Of a stretch of 64,000 nucleotides of DNA, positions 24,425 to 41,000 are shown in pieces. Both the position numbers and the translations under genes were made by a program. Source of the DNA: Daphnia carinata (lineage: Eukaryota). The notes under the pieces are model-generated. The model saw nothing but the letters and a program-made list of their open reading frames with translations. It was not told the DNA's origin and searched no databases. The stretch's first letter is position 1. Each line of letters starts with the position of its first letter. The DNA lies in NCBI RefSeq assembly GCF_022539665.2, contig NC_081331.1, forward strand, positions 124,001-188,000, in the 5' to 3' direction.

Positions 24425-26395
24425 TTAGGTACTTCCCGTAGCACCACTTTCTACCGTGGGAATGGCTTCGCTTTGACATCCGTTTTCAATCAAGGATTTC
24501 AGGTCATCCTGAAAAAGAAGATAACTACGAATAGTACGCACTCTTAGCCCAATTTCATTCAATAACCAAAAAATTACCTTCCAGCCAAGTTTCTCAGCAA
24601 AAAGATAACATCCTTCGTCGCAATCACCAAGCCAAGCAACGTCACGGAAATTGTCTGCCCCTGGTTGTCACTAATAGATTATTGGAATATTCGATTATTA
24701 CCATTAGTAAAACATCTCACCATGAAATTGCAAGCCGCAGCTAAAACCAAGAACAACCATAACTGGGTCTTCGTTTCCTGCCTCCTCGTGATTGATCAGA
24801 AGGCGCGGACATCTAGGCGGAACTCTAGGCAAAATAGCGAAAACAATTGAGACGTTCGGACGATGACACGCCAACGAGAATTTCACGTTTATGATCAACT
24901 GTGAGTTAAAAGAATAGCGCTGCATTATGCTTACCGATCAACAAGAGATGCAAAAGGCTGAACAACTAGTGAAGTTCCTAAAATAATTAGCAGATCACAA
25001 TTTGGAAAATCTTCTTCAACCAAACGAAAGCGTTCTGGAAGCGGTTCGCCGAAAAAAACTGCGTCTGGCTTAACTACAGCTTTACACTTTTCACACCGTG
25101 GTACTACATCCGCAAGAATTTTTTCTGTTTAACATAATGATACATTCTCATTAAATTCTGCTAAACTAAAAAAAAAAAAATCTTCTAAATGAGCAGGTAT
25201 TAGGACTACCTGTCATCCACTTGCGGTCGTATTCTTCACGGCATTCTGGATTGATGCAACGTGAGGTATGGAGTGTTCCGTGAGCTTCAACTAATTTTTC
25301 CGCTGGAATTCCAGCTACTCGCTCCAGGGCATCACTAAATCAACAAATATGTACCAAAATTATTATCAATTAGAAAAAAAAAGCACTAAAGCAGCATAAA
25401 ACTTACACGTTTTGAGTGTAATGTCTCAGTAAGAGTCCTAAAGATAAATGTGCCGAAAGCTAACTTTGCAGCGCAGTTTAGGGAATGAAACACATCACTA
25501 ATACCTTTTTTATTCAATAACCTAAGAAAATAATGGCATGGAGTAGGTTCAAATGTCTTTGGATAAAGTTCTTTAGCCATGGCAAAAAAAGGCTCAGGAT
25601 GTTTTCGAAAATACTCAATTTCAAATATTGCCTCTGGATAAGGTAAGTCAAATCCACAGAGTTTGCTATAAAGGCCACTTGAAGGACTTCGAAAGTCAGG
25701 AATGCCAGCAGCTGTAAAAATGAAAAGCCATATTACAAATCCAGTAAGTTTATATTTACCAAGAATGACTCTGTTATGATTACATGTAGAAATGCCTGCT
25801 CCTGCCATTGTAATGATGTTTTTCACATTTCCACTTTTAATGTAGTCCACTATTCCATCCAAATCCAATGTGTGCAAAACCTTAAAAAAAAAAGATAAAT
25901 TTTTTTTTATTGTTAAGTCAACACAACCTAAGTCAAGTTGAATTCATTACTTTTGGTTTTTCCATTAAATCTTTGTTTCCAAGTCCCAGCGCAAGTTTGT
26001 CTGAAAACCATTTTCTTAAGTTATCCATTTCTTTATCTTCGACTCCAGCAGACAATCTTTGATGGTTATCATTACTGCATCCTTTTCCTTTAGTTGTCTT
26101 ATCTTTGGTTGTGAGACTTAAATCTGTAAAAAAAAACGAGACAAACAAACAAAAAACAAAAACAAAAAGGATTTTCTCCCTAAAACACTTTCCACAAACG
26201 TCTGAGTTAACCAAAGATTGGTTATAGAATGCATGCAAACATTGCCTTTTAGCCTCTATTATAGATGTTATCAAATTTATAAAAGGCAGTGTGATAGTGA
26301 TAACAACGAGTTATTTTCCTCACTTTATCAATATTATTATTCCATGGCGGTATAAGTCACGTGCAATTAATTTTTAGAAAATTACCTTTCGACAT
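24425..26395 (-). CDS. SIRT2: NAD-dependent deacetylase sirtuin-2
   Basis: [50 protein letters not shown] and DVAWLGDCD after splicing. First micro-exon 26395-26386 (MSK) is tentative. Stop at 24425-24427. Confidence 0.9.
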
Positions 26396-26834
26396 CTAAA
26401 ATATGAAAATGAATAAAAGCTTCGAAATGTATTGGCGTTTAAAGGGCCCACTTTCGCTAGTAAATTAAATTAAAACTGCTACTACGACCGAATTTCGTCT
26501 TAACAAAAAAATCGAAGCTTGACAGTCACATGGAGTCATTGACCAACATAAGCAAACAATGCCATCTCTGGGAGTTTGGTGTTGTTGATTTTTCTTTCTT
26601 TTATTTTAGATCAATGCAAGTCATAAAATAAAAAAATAAAAAATACATGATCTAATCGTGTGAAACAATCATCAGTTGATAATATTAATGCGTTAAAGAC
26701 TCGTAATTTTCGCATGGTACCCAATAGCTGCCTTTCCTTAAACCTCAACGTAGTTCTATCTTTTCGTCTGCAGTTTCCTAACGTCAACTCGTATAAGAGA
26801 AAGATACGATACACATGTAAACTGCGAACCAAGC

Positions 26835-27774
26835 ATGGCAGCAAATAATTCTATCAGGTCTATTGCCCGGCTCCCTATTAACATCACAATCGACAGAGAA
26901 GACCTGGAAGCTGACGAAGAGCTTCCCCCGACATCAAAATCAGTAAATTATAATGAAATGCCGAAGAAAAGTAGAAGCTGGAGGCAGAGGTAAAAAAAGT
27001 TTTAGTAATAGAAGTGATCTACTATTGTGGTTCTAATCTAATTAAACTTCTACATCTTCAGAATTGGATTAGCAAGTCAAATTGAAACTGGAATGAAAGA
27101 CATCGGTGTGTATATTGATGTCAACCCCCACAAGGAAAAAAAAACAAATGTGGACTCAAGCAACCACAATACAACAGGCAGTTTGGCTCTTAATAATGCA
27201 GAGAAGCTGATGGAAAAATCTGTAATAAAACCTGGGTTTGAGAAGCTGGATTGTGTTCCTCAGTATAACACAAACATACGACAAAGGAAAACGGAAAGAA
27301 AAAAAGAATCAGAAAAAACCAAAGGTGGTAAATGGTTTAATCTTCCTGCAACAGAAATGACTGAAGAAAAGCTTAGAGATCTTGAAGTCATCCAGATGAG
27401 ATCTATCTTAAATCCCAAACAGTTTTACAAGAAGAATGATTTGAAAGTTGTACCTAAGTACTTTCAGGTTGTTGGCTATAGATGTTATCATTGTGTTTGG
27501 ATGTTTCACTAATTATGATATTGAACAGGTTGGGACTGTGGTTGATAGCCATGCCGACTTTTATCACGACAGAGTACCGAGAAAGGATCGCAAAAAGAAT
27601 CTTGTTGATGAGTTAATGGCGGATGCAGATTTTCAGAGGTATAAGATTTTTTATCCAATGGGTTCTGTGAGCACGAGTTTAAATCTTTTTGTTAGGTACA
27701 ACAAACGCAAGTATGCTGAAATTATCCAAACCAAACCAGGAACTCGACCACAGACGGTGAAAAAACGTAAATAA
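26835..27774 (+). CDS. DNTTIP2: Fcf2-domain pre-rRNA processing protein (DNTTIP2/TdIF2-like)
   Basis: Exons 26835-26989, 27062-27467, 27529-27638 and 27696-27774. KWFNLPATEMT...DLEVIQMRSILNPKQFYKKND...PKYFQVGTVVDS.ADFY. Confidence 0.88.
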
Positions 27775-28129
27775 TTAAAGGTTATTATCAAGAAAACATG
27801 GTTTGGAATAAATACACGATTTTGACAGTTTGTCTCGACCTTTTTTTTTCTTAACTACCATTTCGATTAATGGGCCACAATATTTTATGCATTCAGAAGA
27901 GATGATAAAAATTTTTGCGCTATATGTTCTCGTAATATTTAAAACTTTTCATATTTTTCCAAATGAAAATTTTATTGAGAAAACTGGAAATTAATTACAC
28001 GTTTTAATCACGCATCGATTACCATCATTGATTTGTATTATTTCGGGCTAAAAAAATTTCCAATCGGAGTAGGACAAATAAAAACATTGGAATCGTCACA
28101 AGAATAAACGACCTGCTCGCAAGCTCCAT

Positions 28130-30749
<2,620 letters not shown>

Positions 30750-31303
30750 GATTCACGTGGGTAATATCTCTGAAAACGATAATACGGCTTGCTTTAGTAT
30801 AATGGTTACGTGTGTTTAGGCGTTATGGACAGCATCCCTACTAATATTTCTCATCTAATGTTTATGCAAACCATAGAATTCTGATTTTTTTTTACATCAC
30901 ATCAGTAGTAAACATACGTACGAACAAAATTTTAATGTTTCTTACACAGAACTTTTGATTTAGAAAGCGATGCCGACTGATAACTTACCAACTTAATGCC
31001 GATGCCGAAGTGACGAATCAAATTGACAAGTAAGTCGTGGCGTTGTAGTGAAATTGAAGAGGTAGGGTAAAGCTTGGATGTTTGGCGACGATGCCAACGG
31101 TTCTTATTTGAACTAAATACAAAAAAAATTGAAAGCGGATCTTTTCAGCGTTGCCAGATCAGCGATTGTGAATTTTGGAGACGAAGTAAACAGAATTGAC
31201 AGAATAATTTTTTGTTTTGTTATTGATTTACTAAAAGTACCATGACCGTTGTTAAAGTGTAGCAAATACGTATAGCTGCAAGCGTTTTTGAATCTCTATC
31301 GTT

Positions 31304-32293
31304 ATGGCTAGAGGTTGGCGGCAAAGTAAAAATCGTATTGTAAAAAATGTGTTTTGCCTTGGTTGTCTATTTGTCTTACCCCTTTTGGTACTAGCAGTTA
31401 TCGTGTATTCAAAATCGAAAAATGTGGAATCCTTACCTGTGCCCAGGGAAGTTCCGGGTCAAAAATTTGATGATTCGTCTCAGTTTTACTTGATTGCACT
31501 GGTCATGAGTGATCCAACTAAATCAGCCACACGAAAAGCAGTTCGGGAAACATGGCTTTCCAACACTCACAAGGATGTGAAGCATTACTTTGTTGTTGGT
31601 TCCAAAGGCTTGGCACAAGATGTCCTACAAAATGTGCTTGAAGAAAGTTCTACTTATCATGATATGGTTATTCTTGAATCCCTAAATGAATCATATAGCA
31701 GCTTAACTGGCAAAATCTTGGCTGGATTTCAGTGGCTCCACTCTAACCATAATTTCACTTTTCTGCTCAAGTGTGATGATGATTCGTTTGTAAGAATGTC
31801 TCCTCTCATCGAACAGTTGCGTAAACAACCCCAAAGTCATCTTTACTGGGGATTCTTCAAGGGTGGAAGTAGTGTCTTTCAAAAAGGCAAATGGAAAGAA
31901 AATGATTGGTTCCTGTGCGACACTTATCTTCCTTACGCGTTAGGAGGCGGCTATGTCTTATCATCGGATTTGGTGGAATTCATTGCAAAAAACGCGCCAT
32001 TGCTTCAACAATATAAAAGCGAAGACGTCTCCGTAGGAGTCTGGCTTTCACCGCTTAAAATACACCGAGTTCATGATGTCCGATTTGACACCGAATTTAA
32101 ATCGCGAGGATGTTACAACGAATATCTCATTACACACAAACAAAGTGCCAATCAAATGCGGGAAAAACAAGCCAATCTAGTAAAGACGGGTAAATTGTGC
32201 CAGTCCGAGTTACGCGTCAGATATTCCTACAATTACAATTGGACTGTACTTCCCTCTAAATGTTGCAAGAACTTTGACCCTGAACTACCCTAG
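31304..32293 (+). CDS. B3GALT6: Beta-1,3-galactosyltransferase 6 (GT31), intronless
   Basis: Type II TM; RKAVRETW, FLLKCDDDSF, LYWGFF, WFLCDTYLPYALGGGY, SEDVSVGVW, RFDTEFKSRGC, PSKCC. Confidence 0.93.
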   Translation: MARGWRQSKNRIVKNVFCLGCLFVLPLLVLAVIVYSKSKNVESLPVPREVPGQKFDDSSQFYLIALVMSDPTKSATRKAVRETWLSNTHKDVKHYFVVGSKGLAQDVLQNVLEESSTYHDMVILESLNESYSSLTGKILAGFQWLHSNHNFTFLLKCDDDSFVRMSPLIEQLRKQPQSHLYWGFFKGGSSVFQKGKWKENDWFLCDTYLPYALGGGYVLSSDLVEFIAKNAPLLQQYKSEDVSVGVWLSPLKIHRVHDVRFDTEFKSRGCYNEYLITHKQSANQMREKQANLVKTGKLCQSELRVRYSYNYNWTVLPSKCCKNFDPELP

Positions 32294-32385
32294 TCATTTG
32301 AATCAACTGTAAAAATACAATGTTCAATCAATCACCATCACCCTTTTTATTTTGTAATTTCACCATGTTATAACGAATTATATTT

Positions 32386-35300
32386 TCAGAACAAAAGTAA
32401 AAAACTTTTTACTTGGAATGGTGTGAATGAGGCAGTGAAGTACTTCTTTCCATTGGCAGACACTTCTAATGGTAACGTGGGTCCCATTGGTTCTTCCAAG
32501 CCATTGCACAATGTGTAATTCAATAATGGAAGACTTGTTTCAATCCTTTGGTGTAAGATATAGGTTAAAACCGAGTAATAAATTTACTAGAATTTATCAG
32601 ACCTGGCTTGTGTCCGGTCACCACACGATTCAAAAAGTCGAAGCAAGATTTTCTTTACTGGAGCGTCCTCATTATCGAGCATCGGTTCGCAGGGTTTGAC
32701 AGTTTCAAGAACGGTGGAAGTCGAATCCACAGTGAACCACGAACCAGAAACATTAGTGTCGTCTGCAATTTTGGTTGAAATCATCTCACAGTTAAAGTTA
32801 TATGATTCTTTGATTACATCGAATCTCGATTTCAGGCCTGTAAAAACATAGTTTATATAAAAGTAACATGAAAGTTATGACTAAAAATTTAAATACCATG
32901 ATGCGGCATTAATGCATAGCGGAAGAAGTGTTCTTGCATATCACAGTTAGCGTCTGGAGCTTTAGGTGACCGTAGCAAGGACATCGTGATTGTTTTCCCA
33001 TGGACACTCCATCCGTACTTTGAATCGTTCAAAACAGATACACCCCATGCGGGTTCTGATAAGTCTGCCCATTTATGTCCGCAAACCTCAAACTTTGCTG
33101 AATCCCACGAAGTGTTCTAGAGACATGACAATTTCTCGTGGTATAATCAGATTCAGCACAAAATAAAATTGTATACTTTATGATTAGGCCGATTCAAGAA
33201 TCCAAATTGAGTGTCAAATGATGCCTAAATAATATTTTAATTCGTTTCAAATGGTTAATTGCGGGTTTCAATTTGTAAACCTAATGTAATTTTCCCTTAC
33301 CTGATTGGCGTGAACTTCAACAGGAAACTCGACTTTTAAAAACTTCCTATTTTCGGCCCATTCAACACGAGTTTCGAATTTAACGAAACAATCTACTGCG
33401 GTGATATGGATCTTCTGATGAACGTGACTGTGTTTGCCCACACTCTGGCTCCACTTTAAAGTCACCTTAAGCGGAGTTTCCAATTCTACATGAACTTCTT
33501 CTTCGGTGGACGAAGGACGATTCACCGCTTTTCTAGTTTCTATGTGATAGTCCATGCTATCCCATGCATCCCAATAAAGAGGGATATCATCAAAAAGAAC
33601 AAGTTGATTTCCAAAAGATTGGGCAGGAATGACCTGGTTGCCACTAGCATGATGGATCATGGATATAATACGGCCACACGAATCAATTTCCACTGAAAAC
33701 CATTGATTGGATATCTTATAGATTCCTCCCGTTTTATCTGTTAAACAAATGTTTTAAACTTTAGCTAATATTAAGAAACTAAAATTATGGCGAAGATACC
33801 TATAACAACAGGAGGAACACCACCGAGTTCTTTCACACACCAGCTCATAGGTTGGACATTGACGGCTCGAACCGCTTTCTCTTCCTCGTAGATTAAAGCA
33901 TTTCTTGCCCATGGGAGGGTGTTCACGAACGAACGAGTAGTTAATTGTTGGTTGGCTTTGCCTTGAAGATAAGCAAAGCAGCGTTCAACAACTTCTTCTG
34001 CTAATTGGAGGGATTTTCGGAACCATTGCTTGGCTTCGGTATGCACCAACTCTATAGATGATCCCGGTAATACGTCATGAAATTGATTCACTAGTAGAAG
34101 TCGCCAAGCTTCATCTATGTTAGTTCGTAAGCCGACCACGTCCACGAGTGGGATCCGATCCAAAGCCAACGAAACAGCCAGTAGAAGTTCAGCATCCCGC
34201 AATTTATATTCACAGCAACGGTTAAATTTTTTCATATCAGCCTGCAAAAGATCCTAATAAAAATCTGCATTTTCAAGATTTAAGACTTTTCTTTACTTGA
34301 GATGTGTAAGTGCCGTTGTGAAGCTCTAAATAAAGTTCCCCAACCCAACGACAAAGCTGCGAACTTTCCGCTTCCAAATTTTCAAAGAATTTATTGGGTG
34401 TAGAATTCATTAGTTTAGGGACGCCATCAACATCCTTCGTGCGAAAGAAAAAATGTTATCTAGTATGCATCTTTAAAAAAAATATTTTATGTAAGCATAC
34501 TTTTAATCGTTCCATGCGATCCAGCATCGGTTTGTGAGGTCCTCCACCGCCATCTCCATAGCCGTAAAGCATGACAGATTTCGTCACACGCCCTTTATCC
34601 AACAAGTTTCGTTCTGTTTTCAATGCTTCACTCACTCTACGAAATTCAGACGGATTACAGTTTAAGTTACGGCGACTGATTAATCAATAGTCTTACTTGC
34701 AGTTGGCCTCGTACGAATCCCCCGGTGGAAAATGGACCAGAACTGAAAAAATGCGTGAATACGAAGTATAAAAATTAAATCCCTGTGAGAATTTTTGAAA
34801 GAAAAATTAATAATTCTCACCTGTGCTCCCATCAAGTCCTTCCCACAAGAAATTGTGATGCGGGAATTTATTCACCAGATTCCAACTCAACTTCTGCGTC
34901 AAGAATCTCGAAATTCCAACATGCTGCGAATGGGTTCGATAATTAGTACACGAATTTTGGAAATATAACAAGGGTAATACCCTAAGAATTTGCGGGGTCT
35001 GTGCTGAATATCCGAAGGTGTCTGGTAGCCAAAACTCTTGCGATCGCATACCAAATTCTTTTATAAAGAATCGTTGTCCATACAAAAATTGCCGAATGAA
35101 AGATTCGCCGCTACATTTGAGGATCAATGATGTTAACTTGGCCATTTCGCTATGAATAAGTTAAAATGGACCTTGGTATGTTGCCGTCCATTTCCACCCA
35201 TGTTCCACCAACTGGTATAAATCGGCCCAGATCGACGAAATGTTTAATCTCCTTGAATAATGAAGGGTAGTGCTGTTTCACCCAGCTGAACTGTTGAGCC

Positions 35301-36746
35301 TGAATTCAAAAGCCATCATTAAAAAATTGCAATTTTTTCTACTTTACGATATTAATAGGCATGGCCTGTTTGTATCTATGTCGTTGGCGTACTTGCGAGC
35401 AAACAAACGTCATTTCTGGATAGTCTTTCATAAGAGCTATCACTGATGCCCAACTCCTGGCGCACTTTCGGATCGTTTCATCGTATGGCCACAGCCACGC
35501 AGTGTCGATGTGACAATGACCCATTGCGTCTATAACATGTGCACGTTGGCCATTCCGGTGCTTGAAGAAGTCATTAGAGATGCGTTGAGCTTCACTGAAC
35601 GAATTTCCGTGACGTTAATTCTTAAGTATTAAAATTCATCTGAAATATCGACTTACTTCCAATTATCGGCTTGAATGGCGTTTATAATTTGGTTGCCGGC
35701 GTACAAAGCTTGATAGCCACGACTGTCCCCCTTTCCATCTACATCTGTCAGTTCTTTGGCCATTTCAAACAACAGTTCGAGATCTATTAGAAGGCGATAT
35801 GCAACCGTATCGCATACAGCAATGTTTGCCATTTCTAATGCATATTTTCTGTCGAGATCGGGAGCGTCTGCAACAAAATACCAATACACAAAGTTAGGTG
35901 CACTGAAATTGTTTTTTCCTCAATTAAAAAATGTTATTACCAATCATTCCTCCTTTGCCAGCTCCAAACATGCTTAAAATTTTCACAAAGATATGGTTAC
36001 CAATTCATTTCTTCTACAGAAGATGTCAAATACCTATTACAAGCCATTTCGATGTAATAAACCATTTCCTGTCCTGTTTCTTTCCACTCCCAAGATTTTG
36101 AAATGATGAATTCTTCTCGTTTCTGGTGATCAGGGCTCCCAGTAAATCCCTAAATTATGGTTGGGTAATAATTATATAAATTTTTTAAACACAGAAATAA
36201 CAGAACCAAATGCAGAAGTGGTTTATACCTGAAGAGGGTCTCCAAGTGAATTGAACAGTAGTGCCTCTGAGCTGGAATTCCATCGGAGATGAATTTCCTT
36301 GCCAGACCAAGATTCAGGGATCTTTACAATAACCTTTACAACATTAACAAAGTCTTTATGGTTGTAAAGTGAAATGATATCAATAAATTTGTAAAATTTT
36401 CAAAAGAATGTTTTGAAAGAATGGCAACACCTTGAACCAGTGGGTTGCCCATGTAGGACCAAAACACCTCCCAAGACAGACAGGAGTAAATGTTTGTTTG
36501 ACAACTTCATCAAAGGACATTATCTTCCAGTGTTTATCCGTAGGTAAGGCCCAATGAAATATATCTGCAGTTTTTTTAAGGGGGAATCATAAGAGTAATA
36601 ACTAAACGAATGTCTTTTCTCATACCAACATTCTCTTGCTGTGGGTAAATACGACCATACAAATTGACGTCAGTGAAGTATATTCTAGAAACAAATTTCT
36701 CAATGCGTTCAAGCGTTGTCCGTCGATTTTTATGTAGACTGGCCAT
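32386..36746 (-). CDS. MAN2C1: Cytosolic alpha-mannosidase 2C1 (GH38)
   Basis: [57 protein letters not shown]; many short introns. The C-terminal [12 protein letters not shown] requires one frameshift near 32440-32452. Confidence 0.93.
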
Positions 36747-38086
36747 TTCTGAAAACGCAGTTTAATTGTCCTGCAAATAGTGTGTATAACACGGTCGTCT
36801 AGCTCTCAGCTGGTCTCTGGCGGCCATTCCTTTCGTATCGGTGGTAAACAACGAGTACGATGGTTTCGGCAACCACAAACTGCATTTTACGCCAAATTTA
36901 GTTAGTAAGTTAGGAGATTTGGGATAGCGAAATGTAGAACTTGAGTCTTAAGCTAGTTCAAGTGATGCAATAGTTGCTTCTGTGTGAGTTTTGTGGTTTT
37001 GCCATCTTTTATCGATCATACAGAGTTTCTAGTATTATCCAAGTCAAAGAATTAGTTACTTTCCACGTCATGTCACGGCATATGTGACATTCGAATGGAG
37101 AAACCAGGTTGCTTAGGATTGAATTGAGGGTAAAACAAACCTGCCAAGCGGAAAGCTGTCTACCCGTTTAGAGAGCCGCCAGTCCGCCAGCGAGAACTCT
37201 CAATGGGGTCTTTTTTTATAGTTATTATTTATTTATTTTCCCCAAAAGAAAGAAGGCCAGTGGGGGACAGACGGCGCAGGTCGGCGCATACGATCGATAT
37301 TGCCGATTCACAGAGCAGCTCTTCGGTGACGAACGGTTTTTCCGAGTTGAATACAGTCGTGGTACCGTCAGTGTTGGTCTCAACCCGCAGTAAGTTGTTT
37401 CATCGTTGTTGTTGAGGCGGCAGTTTTTCCAGAGCTTTTTTGTTTTATTTTATTTTTTGAGGGCACTTTGTTGATTATTTAACGCACGAATTAATAAACA
37501 CAGTAAGGACTAGAGAAAGCATCGATCCTTTGTGTCATGGATCAATGTTATTGAGCTCTCTGAGTAGCTAAACGTCACACTTTTATCTCCAAGCCCGGTA
37601 AGCTCCCACCATCATTTGCCTTTATAATGTTATTCATTTTTATGACTTTACACGATCGAAACGTTTTCCTCTCACGATGGAAAATTTATAGAGGTTAAAG
37701 CTATTGTGAGAACATTAGGTATAAAACATACCATTTTTGTAAATGTGAAGCAAGACGAGTGGGTCGCATGGAGTGGGCAGTTCTTTGGGAAAAATGAAGT
37801 AGCCTTTATTATGCGCGACGGATTGCGTCCCGCATTGTCACGAAACGACATTCCGGCGTTGCCTATTGTTAAGTCGATCGAAGAGTAAGCGAAGACGAAG
37901 GGGCGTGAGTTTTGATTCCCCCCGGCTCTGGCTCGATTTAAAGATACAAAAAAGAAAGAGTAGATTCCTCGAAATCTTTTGTAGGAATAGTATTAATTGT
38001 ATTACCGTCTTGATTGACAGGGTCGCTGCTGGAACTCGCGTCTGGATTGTTTGTTTTTTTCGATTGCAGCCGTTAATCAATCCAAA

Positions 38087-41000
38087 ATGTCGTCCGTTAA
38101 AGTGGCCGTTCGTGTGCGGCCATTCAATAGCCGGGAAATCAACCGTGATTCGAAATGCATTATCGAGATGATCGACAACACCACAAGTAAGCAATCTAGA
38201 AAAAAGAAGCTTTGTTTTCATTAAATCCGCTAAACTTGTTGCCAAGAACACATGCTCGAGCTTCGCAGAAAGAAAGGCAAGTGACGTATTTCACCACCCA
38301 CGCGCCTTTCTTTCTGCTTGGTTTTCTTGTAATTGGATGAAACGAAACGTTTGCCCTTTAATAAGTCTTAGCAAATATTGTCATCGTAACTGTTTATGAT
38401 TCTGTCGCAGTCATTACCAACCCAAAGGCTCCAGCGGGATCCAAGGAGGCTTCCAAAAGCTTCAATTTTGATTACTCTTATTGGTCGCATGACGTGAGTT
38501 ATGTTTTTAGTTCTAATAATTGCAAAGTACGACGGTAAATGTCAAGATGCCTCGAACGCTTATCGATTTTCTATTGCTGTCTTTTCTTTTAGCCTCAAGA
38601 TTCCAATTTCGCACCGCAAATCAATGTCTACAAAGACATTGGTGAAGAGATGCTTGATCACGCCTTCGAAGGTAATAGACGGGTGTAAACCGATATATGT
38701 TAGTTTAATTATTTGCCTTCTTAGGTTACAATGTTTGCATCTTTGCCTACGGTCAAACGGGAGCCGGAAAGTCGTTCACAATGATGGGCAAGCAGGAAGA
38801 AGGCCAAGAAGGAATCATCCCACAATTATGTATGGACCTTTTCGGCCGAATCAATAGCGATACTAACGAAGATATTCAGTACTCTGTCGAGGTCTGCATT
38901 GTACATTGTTTCGAAATTGCAAAGTTGCAAAGTTCCAATTCCTTACAGGTCAGTTACATGGAGATTTACTGCGAGCGAGTTCGTGACTTGCTCAATCCCA
39001 AGAACAAGAACAACTTGCGCGTCCGAGAGCACCCTCTCCTGGGACCGTACGTTGAGGACCTCTCCAAGCTGGCCGTTACTTGCTTTGACGATATCAACGA
39101 GCTTATTGACGAAGGCAACAAAGCCAGGTCCAAAAACTAAGCCCGTCATCATTTGTCTTTAGCCAAACGCTCCTTAATGAGTATTATTACCAAACAGGAC
39201 GGTGGCGGCGACCAACATGAACGAGACTTCCAGTCGATCGCACGCCGTTTTCACGCTCATCTTCACTCAACGCCGCTTCGATCAGACAACAAGTCTTTCA
39301 ACGGAAAAAGTCAGCAAAATTTCTCTAGTCGATTTGGCCGGGTCGGAGAGAGCCGACGCCACCGGCGCCAAAGGCACGCGTCTCAAGGAGGGAGCTAATA
39401 TCAACAAGAGTCTGACGACTTTGGGTAAAGTCATCTCGGCTCTAGCCGAAATGGTAAACTATGTTTACATCATTTTTTATAATCATCGCATTACATTTTT
39501 AATTAACTTTTTTCGCTTCCTTTTTTGCAAATGGAAATCAGACGGTAAAACCCGTTCGCTGATTAAATGAAACAAGACTTAACAAAATCCTTTTTTCAAA
39601 AATCAGGCGATGAAGAAAAAGAAGAAGGGCGATCACATTCCGTACCGTGATTCCGTGCTGACATGGCTTCTGAGAGAGAATCTCGGTGGCAATTCGAAGA
39701 CAGCCATGATTGCAGCCATTTCACCTGCCGATATTAATTATGAAGAAACTCTCTCGACTCTCAGGTACGCAGACAGAGCCAAGCAGATCGTCTGCAAGGC
39801 TGTCGTCAACGAAGACGCCAACGCCAAATTGATCCGCGAATTGAAAGAAGAGATTTCACGACTCCGCGAACTGTTGAGAGTGGAAGGCATCGACGTCGAA
39901 GAAGGTAAATCCTCAAAAGATGATGTTAATTGAAACAAACCAATGTTTCCCAATGATGAGGTAAAAATCAATGGAAAAAATAGGTCCCGACGGACAAATC
40001 ATACGGGTGCTCGACACCAGGGAAAATAAGGACCGTAAGTTTGCTGATGATTTTCCACATTTGATGGCAACTCATTTTGGCACGGTTTTTTGCTTACCAA
40101 TAAGTTGCATTCTTCTTTTTGGGGCTTTCAATTGTTTCTGGGATTGGGCTTCTTTGTGTACCGTCTCCTTTCTGAATGCCATTTTTCTTTTGTTTCTCCG
40201 CAATGCAAGAGAATCGTGCGGAAAATGGCGGACAAGGGCCTACAGGAGCACCATCGGTAGGCGAACCACAACGTCCAAGACTGGCATCTGTTCCATCACG
40301 AGCCGAAGATGCTGTCGACCAGCTTCAAGAAAACGAGAAGCTGATTGCTGGTGAATTTCTTTATAAAACGTTAGAGCTTTAGTTTGGATTTAATTTGGCC
40401 ATTTGCGATAGAATTGAACGAGACTTGGGAAGACAAATTGAAGCGGACAGAAATGATTCGGTTACAACGTGAAGCTGTTTTTGCCGAAATGGGTGTGGCT
40501 GTCAAGGAAGATGGAGATACTGTGGGCGTTTTCTCACCCAAAAAGGTACACTCCCATCACATCTGTCTTTTTGGAAGAGGCGTCTAACATTGCACATTCA
40601 TTAACAGACACCACATTTAGTGAACCTGAACGAGGATCCTTTCATGTCCGAATGTCTGCTTTATTACATCAAAGATGGTATTACAAGAGTCGGATCGACC
40701 GATGCCTGCATTCCGCAAGATATCCAACTGTGTGGTCCGCACATCTTGAGCGAGCATTGCATCTTTGAAAATCGTGAAGGATTGGTTTTAATGGCGCCGG
40801 CTCCTGACGCTCTTTGCTACGTCAACGGTCGAGTCATCACTGAACCGGTTCTGCTACGAACGGGAAATCGTGTCATCTTGGGAAAGCATCACGTCTTCCG
40901 GTTCAATCATCCAGGTCAGCCTCGAGAGGCATCGGCAAAGTCAGCCAGTAGATCACCGGCGGAAACGCCCGTTTTGTTGGAGAATGTCGACTGGAACTTC